A stretch of DNA of 64,000 bases. Source: a virus. This document shows, in pieces, positions 17,863-27,275 of this stretch. A program made the translations under genes and the position numbers. The stretch lies in IMG/VR virus record IMGVR_UViG_3300027747_004417; one strand, 5' to 3'. How positions within the stretch are numbered: the first letter of the stretch is position 1; each line of letters opens with the position of its first letter. The notes beneath the pieces are model-generated. The model worked only from the letters and a program-made list of their open reading frames with translations. It was not told the origin of the DNA and searched no databases.

Positions 17863-19183
17863 TTAAACTCTCCCTTGGTTTAAAAAGTTTTAGTTCATTA
17901 AGGTTCTTGCCGACTCGACAAGAGAACTTTAATTTCAGATTAGAACAGAACGAACTTTCACCAAGGAGTATTTGTTCGGATATGTTGTATACTTCTTTCC
18001 AATTTTCTTTGTTAAAGTAAACGGTGTAGCTATCATGAACCATGAAAGATATACTTGTTTTACCTTTTAAAGCGAACGAAAGATTACATAACTTTTCTAA
18101 ACACACAACTGCCGCTGGCGATTGTACGCAAAAGTTTCTAACTAAATATTCTTTGCCTTCATCGAAATAGCGACGTTTACCAAAATGGTCTATGGAAAAG
18201 CCGTTATTTTTTAGCTGTTGTTCTTGGCTACAAACCCAGCCAACAGCAACTGAAAACAAAGAGTTGATACGATTGACTATTGAATCTGCGGATTCTTTTG
18301 GGATTCCACATCGTTGCCCTAAGGAATAGGGCGACTGTCCGTATATAACCGGCAAGAAGCATTTTTTCATAAAATCCCTATCGGATTTTTTTTCGGGCTT
18401 CTTCCCAAGTATTTTCTCATAGAGAGAACAGTATACGTCTTTAGAAGAACAAAGATCCTCTAAAATAGGGTCTTTTGAGAGCCAAGCAAGCATATAAACT
18501 TCCATAGCTCTAAAATCAAAGCTCATAAAGTTTTCATCAAGACCAATGGGTCTCAGGGTAGAGCGTGCCTGTGGGCTCATGGCGTGAGGTATAAAGCTAT
18601 TTTTAAAAGAACCCGAACAAAGAAGCCTACCGTTCTCTTGACCGTTTATATCGTAATTAGCAAAGACTCTGCAGCCTTTTGAAGTATCGATGGCACCAGA
18701 ATTTTCTAAATGCGGAATAGTTGTAGTCATCAAAGGAACATGAAGGTTTTTATAAATTCCCTCAATAGACTTCCAAGACCCATCAGAAACAATACACTTT
18801 AATCTAGTTAAGGCTTCCTTGAGATCTTTTGGAGCCTTAGATCTTTTTCCCAAATAAGACTCTATGACCTTTAAATCTATTACAGAACCACCAACAAGAT
18901 AATCACTACCAGTTTTATTGAGAACATAGCTACAAAAGCTCTTCCAGTTCCAACAAAGTATCTTCATGCCTTTAGCAAACAAAGATACCTTTAACATTGA
19001 TATTAGAAAAAACAAATCTTGATCTTTTAATGGGATGCTTATGAATTTATTGTTCTGAAGGTATATGGATACTTCCTTAGATGATTCTTTATCTGTGAAA
19101 TCAAGAATCTCAGGGTCAAAACGAACAAAAACAGTTTGATCCTGAATTTCTGAGATAGCGTTTACAAGATCTTGAAAAGACAT
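17837..19183 (-). CDS. polA: Short family A DNA polymerase (degenerate exonuclease, no thumb)
   Basis: NGRL, motif A DFRAME, motif B RDFMKKCFLPVIYG, NFCVQSPAA, motif C VHDS. Confidence 0.85.
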   Translation of the reverse strand: MSFQDLVNAISEIQDQTVFVRFDPEILDFTDKESSKEVSIYLQNNKFISIPLKDQDLFFLISMLKVSLFAKGMKILCWNWKSFCSYVLNKTGSDYLVGGSVIDLKVIESYLGKRSKAPKDLKEALTRLKCIVSDGSWKSIEGIYKNLHVPLMTTTIPHLENSGAIDTSKGCRVFANYDINGQENGRLLCSGSFKNSFIPHAMSPQARSTLRPIGLDENFMSFDFRAMEVYMLAWLSKDPILEDLCSSKDVYCSLYEKILGKKPEKKSDRDFMKKCFLPVIYGQSPYSLGQRCGIPKESADSIVNRINSLFSVAVGWVCSQEQQLKNNGFSIDHFGKRRYFDEGKEYLVRNFCVQSPAAVVCLEKLCNLSFALKGKTSISFMVHDSYTVYFNKENWKEVYNISEQILLGESSFCSNLKLKFSCRVGKNLNELKLFKPRESLNAGDLQQL

Positions 19184-19250
19184 GAATCACCTTCAAATCT
19201 AATATACAGAAAAAAGAAAAAAATGCAAATACAAACACTATAGAAATAAT

Positions 19251-19364
19251 ATGCAAGAAATAACTGTATATTCATTTTTGACAATAATAACCATAGCGGT
19301 GGTAATGACACCAATCTGCTGGATTGCCTTTTTGTCAATATTTTTCACAAATAGAAAAAAGTAG
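19251..19364 (+). CDS. 37-aa single-pass membrane peptide (not in ORF track)
   Basis: MQEITVYSFLTIITIAVVMTPICWIAFLSIFFTNRKK; no obvious RBS. Confidence 0.45.
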   Translation: MQEITVYSFLTIITIAVVMTPICWIAFLSIFFTNRKK

Positions 19365-19458
19365 TAATTATTGATTTATGATTTTAAAATCACAAAAACG
19401 ATTATACTAAACCAAGCAGAATGGTTCTTATATGTTTCTAAAAAAATAACTAAAGGAT

Positions 19459-19737
19459 TTAGTTAAGTCTTTTGAAATTGTTAATAAGAGCCATTCTGGT
19501 ATTCATTCTTTGAATGTATCTATTCAACCTTTTAAATCCAAACACTTTGTTCCATCGCAAGAACAAAAACCCTATCTTATGTTTTGGATATAACTCAAGT
19601 TGCGGTTGGAGATCGAATGCTGCTTGTAACGCATTAACGAAGGTTCGACCTGTGTCCAGGCTCTCCAAAAGTTTTTTCGTGAAAACAAAAAAGGGGATAC
19701 TGCCGATCTCGTTTTCAGGGAGTGAGAGAGCACTCAT
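19459..19737 (-). CDS. Hypothetical protein
   Basis: 92-aa ORF; competes with an antisense ORF. Confidence 0.5.
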   Translation of the reverse strand: MSALSLPENEIGSIPFFVFTKKLLESLDTGRTFVNALQAAFDLQPQLELYPKHKIGFLFLRWNKVFGFKRLNRYIQRMNTRMALINNFKRLN

Positions 19738-19795
19738 CTCAGTTTTCTTTGAAGTGAAGCGATTTGGCTCACGTTTTCCATGAGCAATGTTGATT

Positions 19796-20041
19796 TTAGT
19801 CTAAGAGAGTCTCTGGATCAACGTTTTGTTTTAGAAATATTTCTTTTATTATTTCTTTGTTCTTTTCTCTAATCATTTCTTCTGTTTTAAGAGTGTTGTA
19901 TTCCATTATGTTCTTATTAGGTTTGTTATTTTCTTCATACAAACTTTCATAAGAAATACTTTCTGCATACTTGTTCCTCTCTTTTGGTAGTTCAAACTTT
20001 GTTTTTGACACCATCAAAATTATTTCATTTAGTTGTATCAT
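19796..20041 (-). CDS. Hypothetical protein
   Basis: 81-aa ORF. Confidence 0.6.
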   Translation of the reverse strand: MIQLNEIILMVSKTKFELPKERNKYAESISYESLYEENNKPNKNIMEYNTLKTEEMIREKNKEIIKEIFLKQNVDPETLLD

Positions 20042-20080
20042 TTTTTCCTATCGAATAAATCTCTTTTTTATATAGATACA

Positions 20081-20109
20081 TTGACTAACATTAAAGAAAA
20101 GGGTATACT
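20081..20109 (+). promoter_or_regulatory. sigma70-like promoter for the uvsW operon
   Basis: TTGACT-17bp-TATACT. Confidence 0.7.
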
Positions 20110-20138
20110 TGTCCAAAAAGAAGCCGAACCTAGACATT

Positions 20139-20825
20139 ATGTCTACTTTAGTAGAAAAATACAAGATGACCGAAGAAGAAGTTCTTTCGTTTAAAATATC
20201 TCAGGTTTGGATAGAATTGTGCAATAAATATTTTCCTGATTACAATCATACCCATAAAAAAGGTTGGAATCTAAAGTCTAATCCGAAAAAATCTATTGTT
20301 TTCAAAATGTGTTATAAGCTTCAACGAGAAACGAAGGGCCTTGTTGAAGAGCTTGAATATCCTCTTTACGTAAGAGCACAATTAGAAGTTTTGAAAATAC
20401 AATCAAAAAACAATCCTTTAGTTTTAATTCATCCTGGGTGCCTAGTAGGCGATAAAGCTTGGAAAAGGTGGAAGCTCTGGAAGAAAAAATATGATGCTAA
20501 AATGAAAGCCCCTGCTGGCACCCAAATTGATAGACTTAGCTACTTAAAAGCAAAAGATGGAATAATAAAAACTAGAAAATTCATAGACTCAGTTTTAGGG
20601 AAAAAACCTAGTTTTGAAGATTATAATTCTAATAAAGTCAACTTGATTAACTGGCTAAACTTTGGTAATATTAGCCCATATTACGCTGTAATATCGCCAT
20701 ACATGCAAAAAATCTTCAAGCAAGAAGACTACAAAAGAATGAACTTTGACGTTAGTCTTTATTTTGACTGCATAAATGATGAGGTTAGAAGCGTATTCAA
20801 TCAATTGTTTCAATACGAGAAATGA
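20139..20825 (+). CDS. Hypothetical protein upstream of uvsW
   Basis: Track TTG start (20109) overlaps the -10 box, so ATG 20139 is preferred; ATGA overlap with uvsW. Confidence 0.75.
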   Translation: MSTLVEKYKMTEEEVLSFKISQVWIELCNKYFPDYNHTHKKGWNLKSNPKKSIVFKMCYKLQRETKGLVEELEYPLYVRAQLEVLKIQSKNNPLVLIHPGCLVGDKAWKRWKLWKKKYDAKMKAPAGTQIDRLSYLKAKDGIIKTRKFIDSVLGKKPSFEDYNSNKVNLINWLNFGNISPYYAVISPYMQKIFKQEDYKRMNFDVSLYFDCINDEVRSVFNQLFQYEK

Positions 20826-22228
20826 ACGCACTTAAAATATCTAACGACTTCTCTTACTTCTTGTCTTCTAACGAAGAAATTAGACAAGAGCTTTGGGATA
20901 GATTGAGGTTTAGAGAAAAAAATTATTTTCACAACCGTGCCTACAAGATGAGAAAATGGGACGGTTACATAGAATTCTTTGATAAAAATACAGGAAAGTT
21001 TTTAACTGGCTTGCTCCCAGAAGTTAGTGCTTTTCTCCGACATAAAAATGTAGAATATACTGTAGAAGACCTTAGACAATTAACAGAGTTCAACATCAAA
21101 GAAGTTAATGAGTCTTTTCTCAATGAAGGAGAGACTCCTGTAGAACTTAGAGACTATCAAGTTGAGTTAATTAATCAAGTAATCAAGCACAGAAGAGGGA
21201 TTATATTTGCACCAACCTCAGCTGGCAAGAGCTTGATAATGATTGGCATTATAAAGACTTTGAAACCCGATACGCCGGTGCTGGTGCTTCAAAATAGGCT
21301 TTCGCTTGCACAACAGAATTATGATGAATTAGTAAGGTTGAAGTTTCCAAATGTTGGTAATGTGTGGGGAGGAAGCGTAAAACCAAACATTATCACTGTA
21401 GCCAGTGTGCAGTCTGTTGCTAAAATTGAGAAACTTTTGCCTAAAATAAAAGTTTTGATAGTAGATGAAATTCACGACATGATGAGTAGACTACCAAAAG
21501 CAGTTTATAGAAGATTAAAGGCTGCGGATGTTAGGGTTGCTGTGAGTGCCACGCCTTTTAAGTTTGGTGGTAAGGATAATGTACAAAAGTTTAGTGTTAG
21601 AGGATACTTTGGTCCAATATTTAAGGTTAAGTCTGCCGCCGAAGGTATACTGACAACCTCTGAGTTACAATCTAGAGGTATACTTTCTAGTTCTAAATGT
21701 ATATTCTATCCAATTAGAGAACCTCAAATACCCCATGATATTTACATAGACGCCGTTACAAGAGGCATAGCTGAGAACTTTCACTTCCATAAAATTGTTA
21801 GCGGTCTTGCTAAGAGACAAAAAGGAAGAACGCTAATTTTGGTTGATCGAATAGCACATGGAGACGTTCTTAACAATCTTATTCCTAACAGTTTGTGGAT
21901 CCAAGGAAAAGATGATGCGGATACTCGAAAGAGTGTTATTAAAGAGCTTCAAAAATCAGAACAATGTATAGCAATAGCCACTCAGCAAATATTCAACACA
22001 GGTATCAACGTATACATACACAATTTGATTAATGCTGCGGGCGGCCAGGCAGACCATCAGATAATTCAGAGAATGGGTCGAGGACTAAGAACTGCCGATG
22101 ATAAGGAGATACTGAATTACTATGACTTCTTGTTCGAGATTAATGAATATTTAGAAAAGCATTCTAGGAAAAGAATAAAGATATTAAAACAGCAAGGGCA
22201 TGAAGTTTCCGTTGAGGAGCTAGAATGA
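20822..22228 (+). CDS. uvsW: UvsW-like SF2 DNA helicase
   Basis: LRDYQ, APTSAGKS, VDEIH, VSATP, QRMGRGLR. Confidence 0.88.
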   Translation: MNALKISNDFSYFLSSNEEIRQELWDRLRFREKNYFHNRAYKMRKWDGYIEFFDKNTGKFLTGLLPEVSAFLRHKNVEYTVEDLRQLTEFNIKEVNESFLNEGETPVELRDYQVELINQVIKHRRGIIFAPTSAGKSLIMIGIIKTLKPDTPVLVLQNRLSLAQQNYDELVRLKFPNVGNVWGGSVKPNIITVASVQSVAKIEKLLPKIKVLIVDEIHDMMSRLPKAVYRRLKAADVRVAVSATPFKFGGKDNVQKFSVRGYFGPIFKVKSAAEGILTTSELQSRGILSSSKCIFYPIREPQIPHDIYIDAVTRGIAENFHFHKIVSGLAKRQKGRTLILVDRIAHGDVLNNLIPNSLWIQGKDDADTRKSVIKELQKSEQCIAIATQQIFNTGINVYIHNLINAAGGQADHQIIQRMGRGLRTADDKEILNYYDFLFEINEYLEKHSRKRIKILKQQGHEVSVEELE

Positions 22229-22554
22229 ATCTGCACACATACGACCCGGACCAAGACATTGAGTTTTATATACAGCAAAATAACGTGATGACGCAGAGAT
22301 ACTCTGCTTTATTTAACAAGAGAAAAATATCTTGGAAAAACTACATAGATGTTGCTAACAAAAAACTTGGTAACAACATCTATTTTATATGGATATTTTT
22401 ATGTGGTTTAGACACTTTTTTAAAGGCCAATAACAACTTAGACTTTGAAAACAAAAAAACACTTATGAAATCTTTGTATAAGGACGCAGAAGAAAGAATT
22501 TATCGAATAATAGGCGACAGTAGAAAGAATGAAGAATACATAAGGTCTTTATGA
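22225..22554 (+). CDS. Hypothetical protein
   Basis: ATGA-coupled to uvsW. Confidence 0.7.
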   Translation: MNLHTYDPDQDIEFYIQQNNVMTQRYSALFNKRKISWKNYIDVANKKLGNNIYFIWIFLCGLDTFLKANNNLDFENKKTLMKSLYKDAEERIYRIIGDSRKNEEYIRSL

Positions 22555-22694
22555 AAAATATAACATCCTACTTTTTGGTAATAACGTTATCTTTGATTTA
22601 CTTTTTTTCTGGTTATGTGCTGGGTTTTTATCAGGGCACTATATCTGCTTATAAAGAGAGAACCAAGCAAATAAACGAAGTATTTGAAAAGTGA
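22551..22694 (+). CDS. 47-aa membrane-anchored peptide (not in ORF track)
   Basis: MKNITSYFLVITLSLIYFFSGYVLGFYQGTISAYKERTKQINEVFEK; ATGA overlap with the previous stop. Confidence 0.65.
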   Translation: MKNITSYFLVITLSLIYFFSGYVLGFYQGTISAYKERTKQINEVFEK

Positions 22695-22952
22695 TTAGAT
22701 CATTAACTTTGCGATATCGTTTATAGTTCCTAACTTGCTTCTTATCTGGTTTTCTATTCTTTTTCTTTTTTCTTGATTTAAGCTTTTATACTCACCTAGC
22801 TCACTTAGTTTATTTACAAAACGCTCGGGATCTACTGTGTTTAAACTTTGATTTAGACTTTGATTGTCTGGTCCTATTTTAGATAAAATTAGGTTTTGAT
22901 AGTACTTTAAGTCTTTTATTTCTTCCAGATAGAGCCACTTTTTGTAGTTCAT
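22695..22952 (-). CDS. Hypothetical protein with CTS-like N-terminus
   Basis: Preferred start MNYKKWLYLEE at 22952 (track start 22988). Confidence 0.7.
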   Translation of the reverse strand: MNYKKWLYLEEIKDLKYYQNLILSKIGPDNQSLNQSLNTVDPERFVNKLSELGEYKSLNQEKRKRIENQIRSKLGTINDIAKLMI

Positions 22953-22997
22953 AATAGATATATATCTAATAGCAAAGATATTATTCAAGGAGGTATT

Positions 22998-23369
22998 ATG
23001 AAATACTTTGTGCTATTAGTGTGCTTTTTTTTATCTAGTGTCTGCTTATCTGCGGACCTTACCTACGATGAGGCTATAAAGCTAGCCGACAAAACAGACA
23101 AAAAAGTTTTCTTGTACTTCGGAGCAGAATGGTGTGGGTATTGTGGAAAGATGAAACAGGTTTTTGGCGATGATGAAGTTGCTAAAAAGCTAGACGATCA
23201 TATAATAATATTTGTAGACACAGATAAAAACCCACAGCTTAAAAAGAAACTTTCTGTAAAAACTATACCAGACTATATGCTAATTGATGGCAAAGAAGAT
23301 GTTTTGAAGAGAAATAAAGGCTACATGTCTAAGGAAACATTTATCAGGTGGTTGGATAACACTCAATGA
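22998..23369 (+). CDS. Thioredoxin-family protein with signal peptide
   Basis: Hydrophobic N-terminus ending CLSA; WCGYC active site; cis-Pro TIP; AGGAGG RBS. Confidence 0.88.
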   Translation: MKYFVLLVCFFLSSVCLSADLTYDEAIKLADKTDKKVFLYFGAEWCGYCGKMKQVFGDDEVAKKLDDHIIIFVDTDKNPQLKKKLSVKTIPDYMLIDGKEDVLKRNKGYMSKETFIRWLDNTQ

Positions 23370-24460
23370 TTTTTGATTATTTAATAGTTGGATCTGGTTT
23401 TTTTGGTCTTACTTTTGCAAGACTAGTAGCAGAGTTAGGAAAGAGTGTTTTAGTTGTAGACAAGAGAGACCATATTGGTGGTAACTGCTACACCGAAAAA
23501 ATAGAAGGAATAGATGTACACAAATATGGTCCTCATGTTTTCCACACCAATGATTTAGAAGTTTGGAGATTTGTAAATAGATTCTCAATCTTTAACAACT
23601 ACCAGCATAGAGTTAAAGTTAACTTTAAAGAAAAGATATACTCATTTCCTATAAATTTAATGACCCTATATCAACTTTGGGGGGTCACAACACCGGAACA
23701 AGCAAAATGTAAATTAGATTCTGTTAAAATTACATCTAATAATTTAGATAACATTGAGAGCTGGGTTTTATCACAGGTTGGAAAAGACATATATGAAATT
23801 TTTATACAAGGTTATACCGCCAAGCAATGGGGCAAAGATCCTAAAGTTCTACCTTCATTTATAATTAAGAGACTGCCAATTAGATTGAACTACAATGACA
23901 ATTACTTTAATGATACTTATCAAGGTATACCTAGTGACGGCTATACGAGTTTGTTTGAGAACATGATGGACCATAAAAATATTCAAATAAACTTAAACGT
24001 TGATTTTTTTGAAAACAAAAATTACCTAATGGGCCTGGCCAAACAAGTTGTTTACACTGGTAAGATAGATGAATTTTATGACTATCAATTTGGTAGATTA
24101 GAATATAGATCTTTAGAGTTTAATTCCAAGATTATGAATGGAACTTATCAAGGTTGTTCAATAATAAACTATACGGACAAAGAAGTACCGTTTACTAGAG
24201 TTGTAGAACATAAACACTTCAGCCAGAAAAACAATGATAAAACTGTTGTTACCTGGGAGACTCCTAAACAATATTCACAGGGTGTTACACCCTATTACCC
24301 TGTGAACGATGACAAAAACAATGAGGTATATTCTAAGTACAAGAAATTAAGTTTAGATAGTAATGTTATTTTTGGAGGAAGGCTAGGCAGCTACAGGTAC
24401 ATGGATATGCATCAAGTAATAGCATCAGCAATGAAGATGTCTAGCATTTCAATTAAATAA
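23366..24460 (+). CDS. glf: UDP-galactopyranose mutase
   Basis: IVGSGFFG, HIGGNCY, HKYGPHVFHT, YTAKQWG, YQGIP, YRSLEF, PYYP, GRLGSYRYMDM. Confidence 0.96.
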   Translation: MIFDYLIVGSGFFGLTFARLVAELGKSVLVVDKRDHIGGNCYTEKIEGIDVHKYGPHVFHTNDLEVWRFVNRFSIFNNYQHRVKVNFKEKIYSFPINLMTLYQLWGVTTPEQAKCKLDSVKITSNNLDNIESWVLSQVGKDIYEIFIQGYTAKQWGKDPKVLPSFIIKRLPIRLNYNDNYFNDTYQGIPSDGYTSLFENMMDHKNIQINLNVDFFENKNYLMGLAKQVVYTGKIDEFYDYQFGRLEYRSLEFNSKIMNGTYQGCSIINYTDKEVPFTRVVEHKHFSQKNNDKTVVTWETPKQYSQGVTPYYPVNDDKNNEVYSKYKKLSLDSNVIFGGRLGSYRYMDMHQVIASAMKMSSISIK

Positions 24461-25427
24461 ACTGCTTCACAACAGTTTCGCCTTTCCATAAACTTATTCT
24501 TTTAAGTGCTTCTTTTTTTGCATCTTCAAACCATTCTTTGGTCTTTTCAAAGTATTTGGGGCTATACATCTTAGCTGCAGTATAGCTCCTAAAGTGATCT
24601 ATGTTTTCATCTAAAGTTCTTGCTTGATTTTCTTCTTTGCCTATTAAATATGGGACTATTTTATTTTCTCTTAGGATATAGTTTCCAAGTATTTCTGTGT
24701 CGGGCCAATTTGGTCTCATTGGGTCTGGCTGGTAGTCTACTAGGTTATACTTATTACAAAGTTTCCTTAAGCTCCAAGCAAAATTTATTTTATCCATAAC
24801 CTTCATGTCATACATGGAAGCAGTGTGACTTACCATCCCAACCCAATCTTCGTGAGCTCTGGGGCTAAGTTCATAACCTACTGCTGGAGACTTTGTCTTA
24901 CAGAGATCCAGCAGTTCTTCTATTAGCGTTCTTTTTCTTAGAAAGCAGTCCGCATGTGTGGCGAATAGATATGGAGTTCTACACAATGTAAATGCCAAAT
25001 CCATAGCCATTGCTGGATAATCCGATGGATGCCTCACTCCATTTAAAGATATTGTGTGAACTTCTACATCTATATTTTTTAATTCTAATACTTTTTTAAT
25101 TTCATCTTTAAGGCTACCTGTATCAATTATCATGATAAACGGATTTAAAGTTTGTAGCCTGAGAATCTCTATGCAGATCTCTAAAGTTTCAAAAGTGTTT
25201 AAGCATGGTATGACTGCTGTTACCTCATAATCCCAGGGTTTTTTTATAACGTTGCCCTCCCATGGCTTGTTAATTGTCAATTCTCCATATATTGGGGATG
25301 TCTCAACATCACCAATTATAATCTCTACCCATTCTTTTGTGGTTTTAAGAAATATGTAATTTTTGTTTCCTTCTACTCTTTTAAATTTATCACAAGTTTT
25401 CGCCCAGCGTTGTTTTGATATAATCAT
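24453..25427 (-). CDS. GT2-like glycosyltransferase
   Basis: TAVIPCLN, IIDTGS, FATHADCF. Confidence 0.75.
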   Translation of the reverse strand: MIISKQRWAKTCDKFKRVEGNKNYIFLKTTKEWVEIIIGDVETSPIYGELTINKPWEGNVIKKPWDYEVTAVIPCLNTFETLEICIEILRLQTLNPFIMIIDTGSLKDEIKKVLELKNIDVEVHTISLNGVRHPSDYPAMAMDLAFTLCRTPYLFATHADCFLRKRTLIEELLDLCKTKSPAVGYELSPRAHEDWVGMVSHTASMYDMKVMDKINFAWSLRKLCNKYNLVDYQPDPMRPNWPDTEILGNYILRENKIVPYLIGKEENQARTLDENIDHFRSYTAAKMYSPKYFEKTKEWFEDAKKEALKRISLWKGETVVKQFI

Positions 25428-25469
25428 TGTTGCTTCTTTTTAAATTAATATAGTGTTTATTTTCTAATT

Positions 25470-26330
25470 ATGTCTCAAACGTCAAGATTTTTTATTTTAG
25501 GTAGTCAACGTAGTGGAACTAATTTAATGCGTTTAATTTTAGACTCTCATCCTAATTCATGGGTTTTTGGAGAGCCTACTGCTCATTGGTTGCTTGATAA
25601 CAACCATTTAGACGATGTTGACAAAGCCGTGGAAAGATGGTGTAGTAAAATAAATGTTGTTAGAAGAGAAAAAATTTTAGAAGAGGTAAAAGAGCTGAAA
25701 AAAAAGAATTTACTTTATTTTGGCTATACAACACCCGGTTGGACGGAGCTGTTCTTAGAGTATGATTGCATAAAAAATAAGCTTAAAGAAATACCTAAAA
25801 TCATATTCATGATTAGGAATCCTTTCGATGTAGTTTCTTCTATAATTAAGTTAAACGATTTTGCTGTGACAACTATCAAGACTATGGAGTTATGGATGAC
25901 GGACAGCAACAGAATTTTTAAGAAACGTTATTTTAAGTTTCTTCATAAAGATGATAATTTTTGGAAGGTGCGGTGGTTCGCTGTTTACTGGAATTATAAA
26001 ACCCAAGCATACTTTGACATGCAGAAAGATCCCTACTATAATGCATTAGGTGTTAGGTATGAAGAACTATGCACTCAGCCTAAAAACACAGTAAGCAAAA
26101 TTTGTGAATTTTTAGGAATGAGTTGGCATGATGATCTTTTAAATCACGAGTGCAAGAAACACTTCGAGACGATAAACAATGTTACGAATGGAGGGACAGT
26201 GGCAAGTCGAGGTATAGACCTATCATCTTTAAATAAAAACGAAATAACACAAGCAGAGCGTGAAGTGATACTAGAAGTCAATGAAGAATTAATATCTCAA
26301 ATAGGAAGTTGTAATGATTTTAGAGGATAA
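25470..26330 (+). CDS. Sulfotransferase family protein
   Basis: 5'-PSB GSQRSGTNL, 3'-PB IRNPFDVVSS, VRYEELCTQP, ICEFLG. Confidence 0.88.
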   Translation: MSQTSRFFILGSQRSGTNLMRLILDSHPNSWVFGEPTAHWLLDNNHLDDVDKAVERWCSKINVVRREKILEEVKELKKKNLLYFGYTTPGWTELFLEYDCIKNKLKEIPKIIFMIRNPFDVVSSIIKLNDFAVTTIKTMELWMTDSNRIFKKRYFKFLHKDDNFWKVRWFAVYWNYKTQAYFDMQKDPYYNALGVRYEELCTQPKNTVSKICEFLGMSWHDDLLNHECKKHFETINNVTNGGTVASRGIDLSSLNKNEITQAEREVILEVNEELISQIGSCNDFRG

Positions 26331-27270
26331 TGGATTTTTAGATATAAAGTATTGCGAAGATAATTCAGCTTTAAGCAAAAAAATCACTTCCATTATTGCG
26401 ACTTCCCAATGTCCCATTAATGTGATGATGTGTTCTGTATTTTCTTTATTAATTAGGAGTAACCCTGAATTTTTAGAACATGTTATAGTTTCAATTAATG
26501 GACCAGATAAAAGAACTGGGTCTACACAGGTTCAAGATAAAAAACAAAGTTTTTTTGAGGAACTAAGGAGCTTAACCTGGCATGGAAAAGATATGCCACT
26601 TACAGTAATCCGTGCATGGAGCCGTTTAGGACATGCTCAAGCTATTGAAATGGGCATACCTTGGGTGCATACGCAGTTTTATCATTTAATGCATGACGAT
26701 GTTATTGTTCTTAAAGATTGGACCGATCTTAGTGCTTTTGATCAAGATCCAAAGTTGTGTATCGTGGGTCCATATCCTTTATTTAATGTATTTCTAGACA
26801 GTGGAGTCTACAAAGGAGAAAATAAGTTGGGTTTTGCTAACCTTAACACATCTTTTTTGTTATGTAATAAAAGCATTCTTAACAAATTGGGAACAAGATG
26901 GATAGGTTATCACTTACAAGATAAGTTTGAAATTTCTGATCAGAAGTCATTCGTAGAGTATCATGCTTCTAAAAACAATATAGCCCAAGAAAAAGGAGTT
27001 CAAGTTATAAACCATACTCTAGATCAGACTGTGTCTAAGCAATTTAGCTATGTTAATGTTGACATAGGCGGTGCTGTGTTTTATAGGTTAATTGATGCTG
27101 GGTATTCGTTGGGTTTAATGCAACCAGATGTATCATTGCACATTGGTGGTCAAAGTTGGAACAAGAATGATAGATTTATTAAAAGCATAGGGCTTGTCAG
27201 ACAACTAGAGAAGGATCTTTTTAGGTACCCTGATTATTGGCATCTTTACAAAAAGTATTACGAATCTTAA
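26314..27270 (+). CDS. GT-A glycosyltransferase-like protein
   Basis: LMHDDVIV, HAQAIE, late HIGGQSW. Confidence 0.6.
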   Translation: MILEDNGFLDIKYCEDNSALSKKITSIIATSQCPINVMMCSVFSLLIRSNPEFLEHVIVSINGPDKRTGSTQVQDKKQSFFEELRSLTWHGKDMPLTVIRAWSRLGHAQAIEMGIPWVHTQFYHLMHDDVIVLKDWTDLSAFDQDPKLCIVGPYPLFNVFLDSGVYKGENKLGFANLNTSFLLCNKSILNKLGTRWIGYHLQDKFEISDQKSFVEYHASKNNIAQEKGVQVINHTLDQTVSKQFSYVNVDIGGAVFYRLIDAGYSLGLMQPDVSLHIGGQSWNKNDRFIKSIGLVRQLEKDLFRYPDYWHLYKKYYES

Positions 27271-27275
27271 TATGT

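Noticed and set aside
19514-19783. 89-aa + strand ORF
   Set aside because: Fully antisense to the 92-aa minus ORF that follows the local gene direction; no RBS
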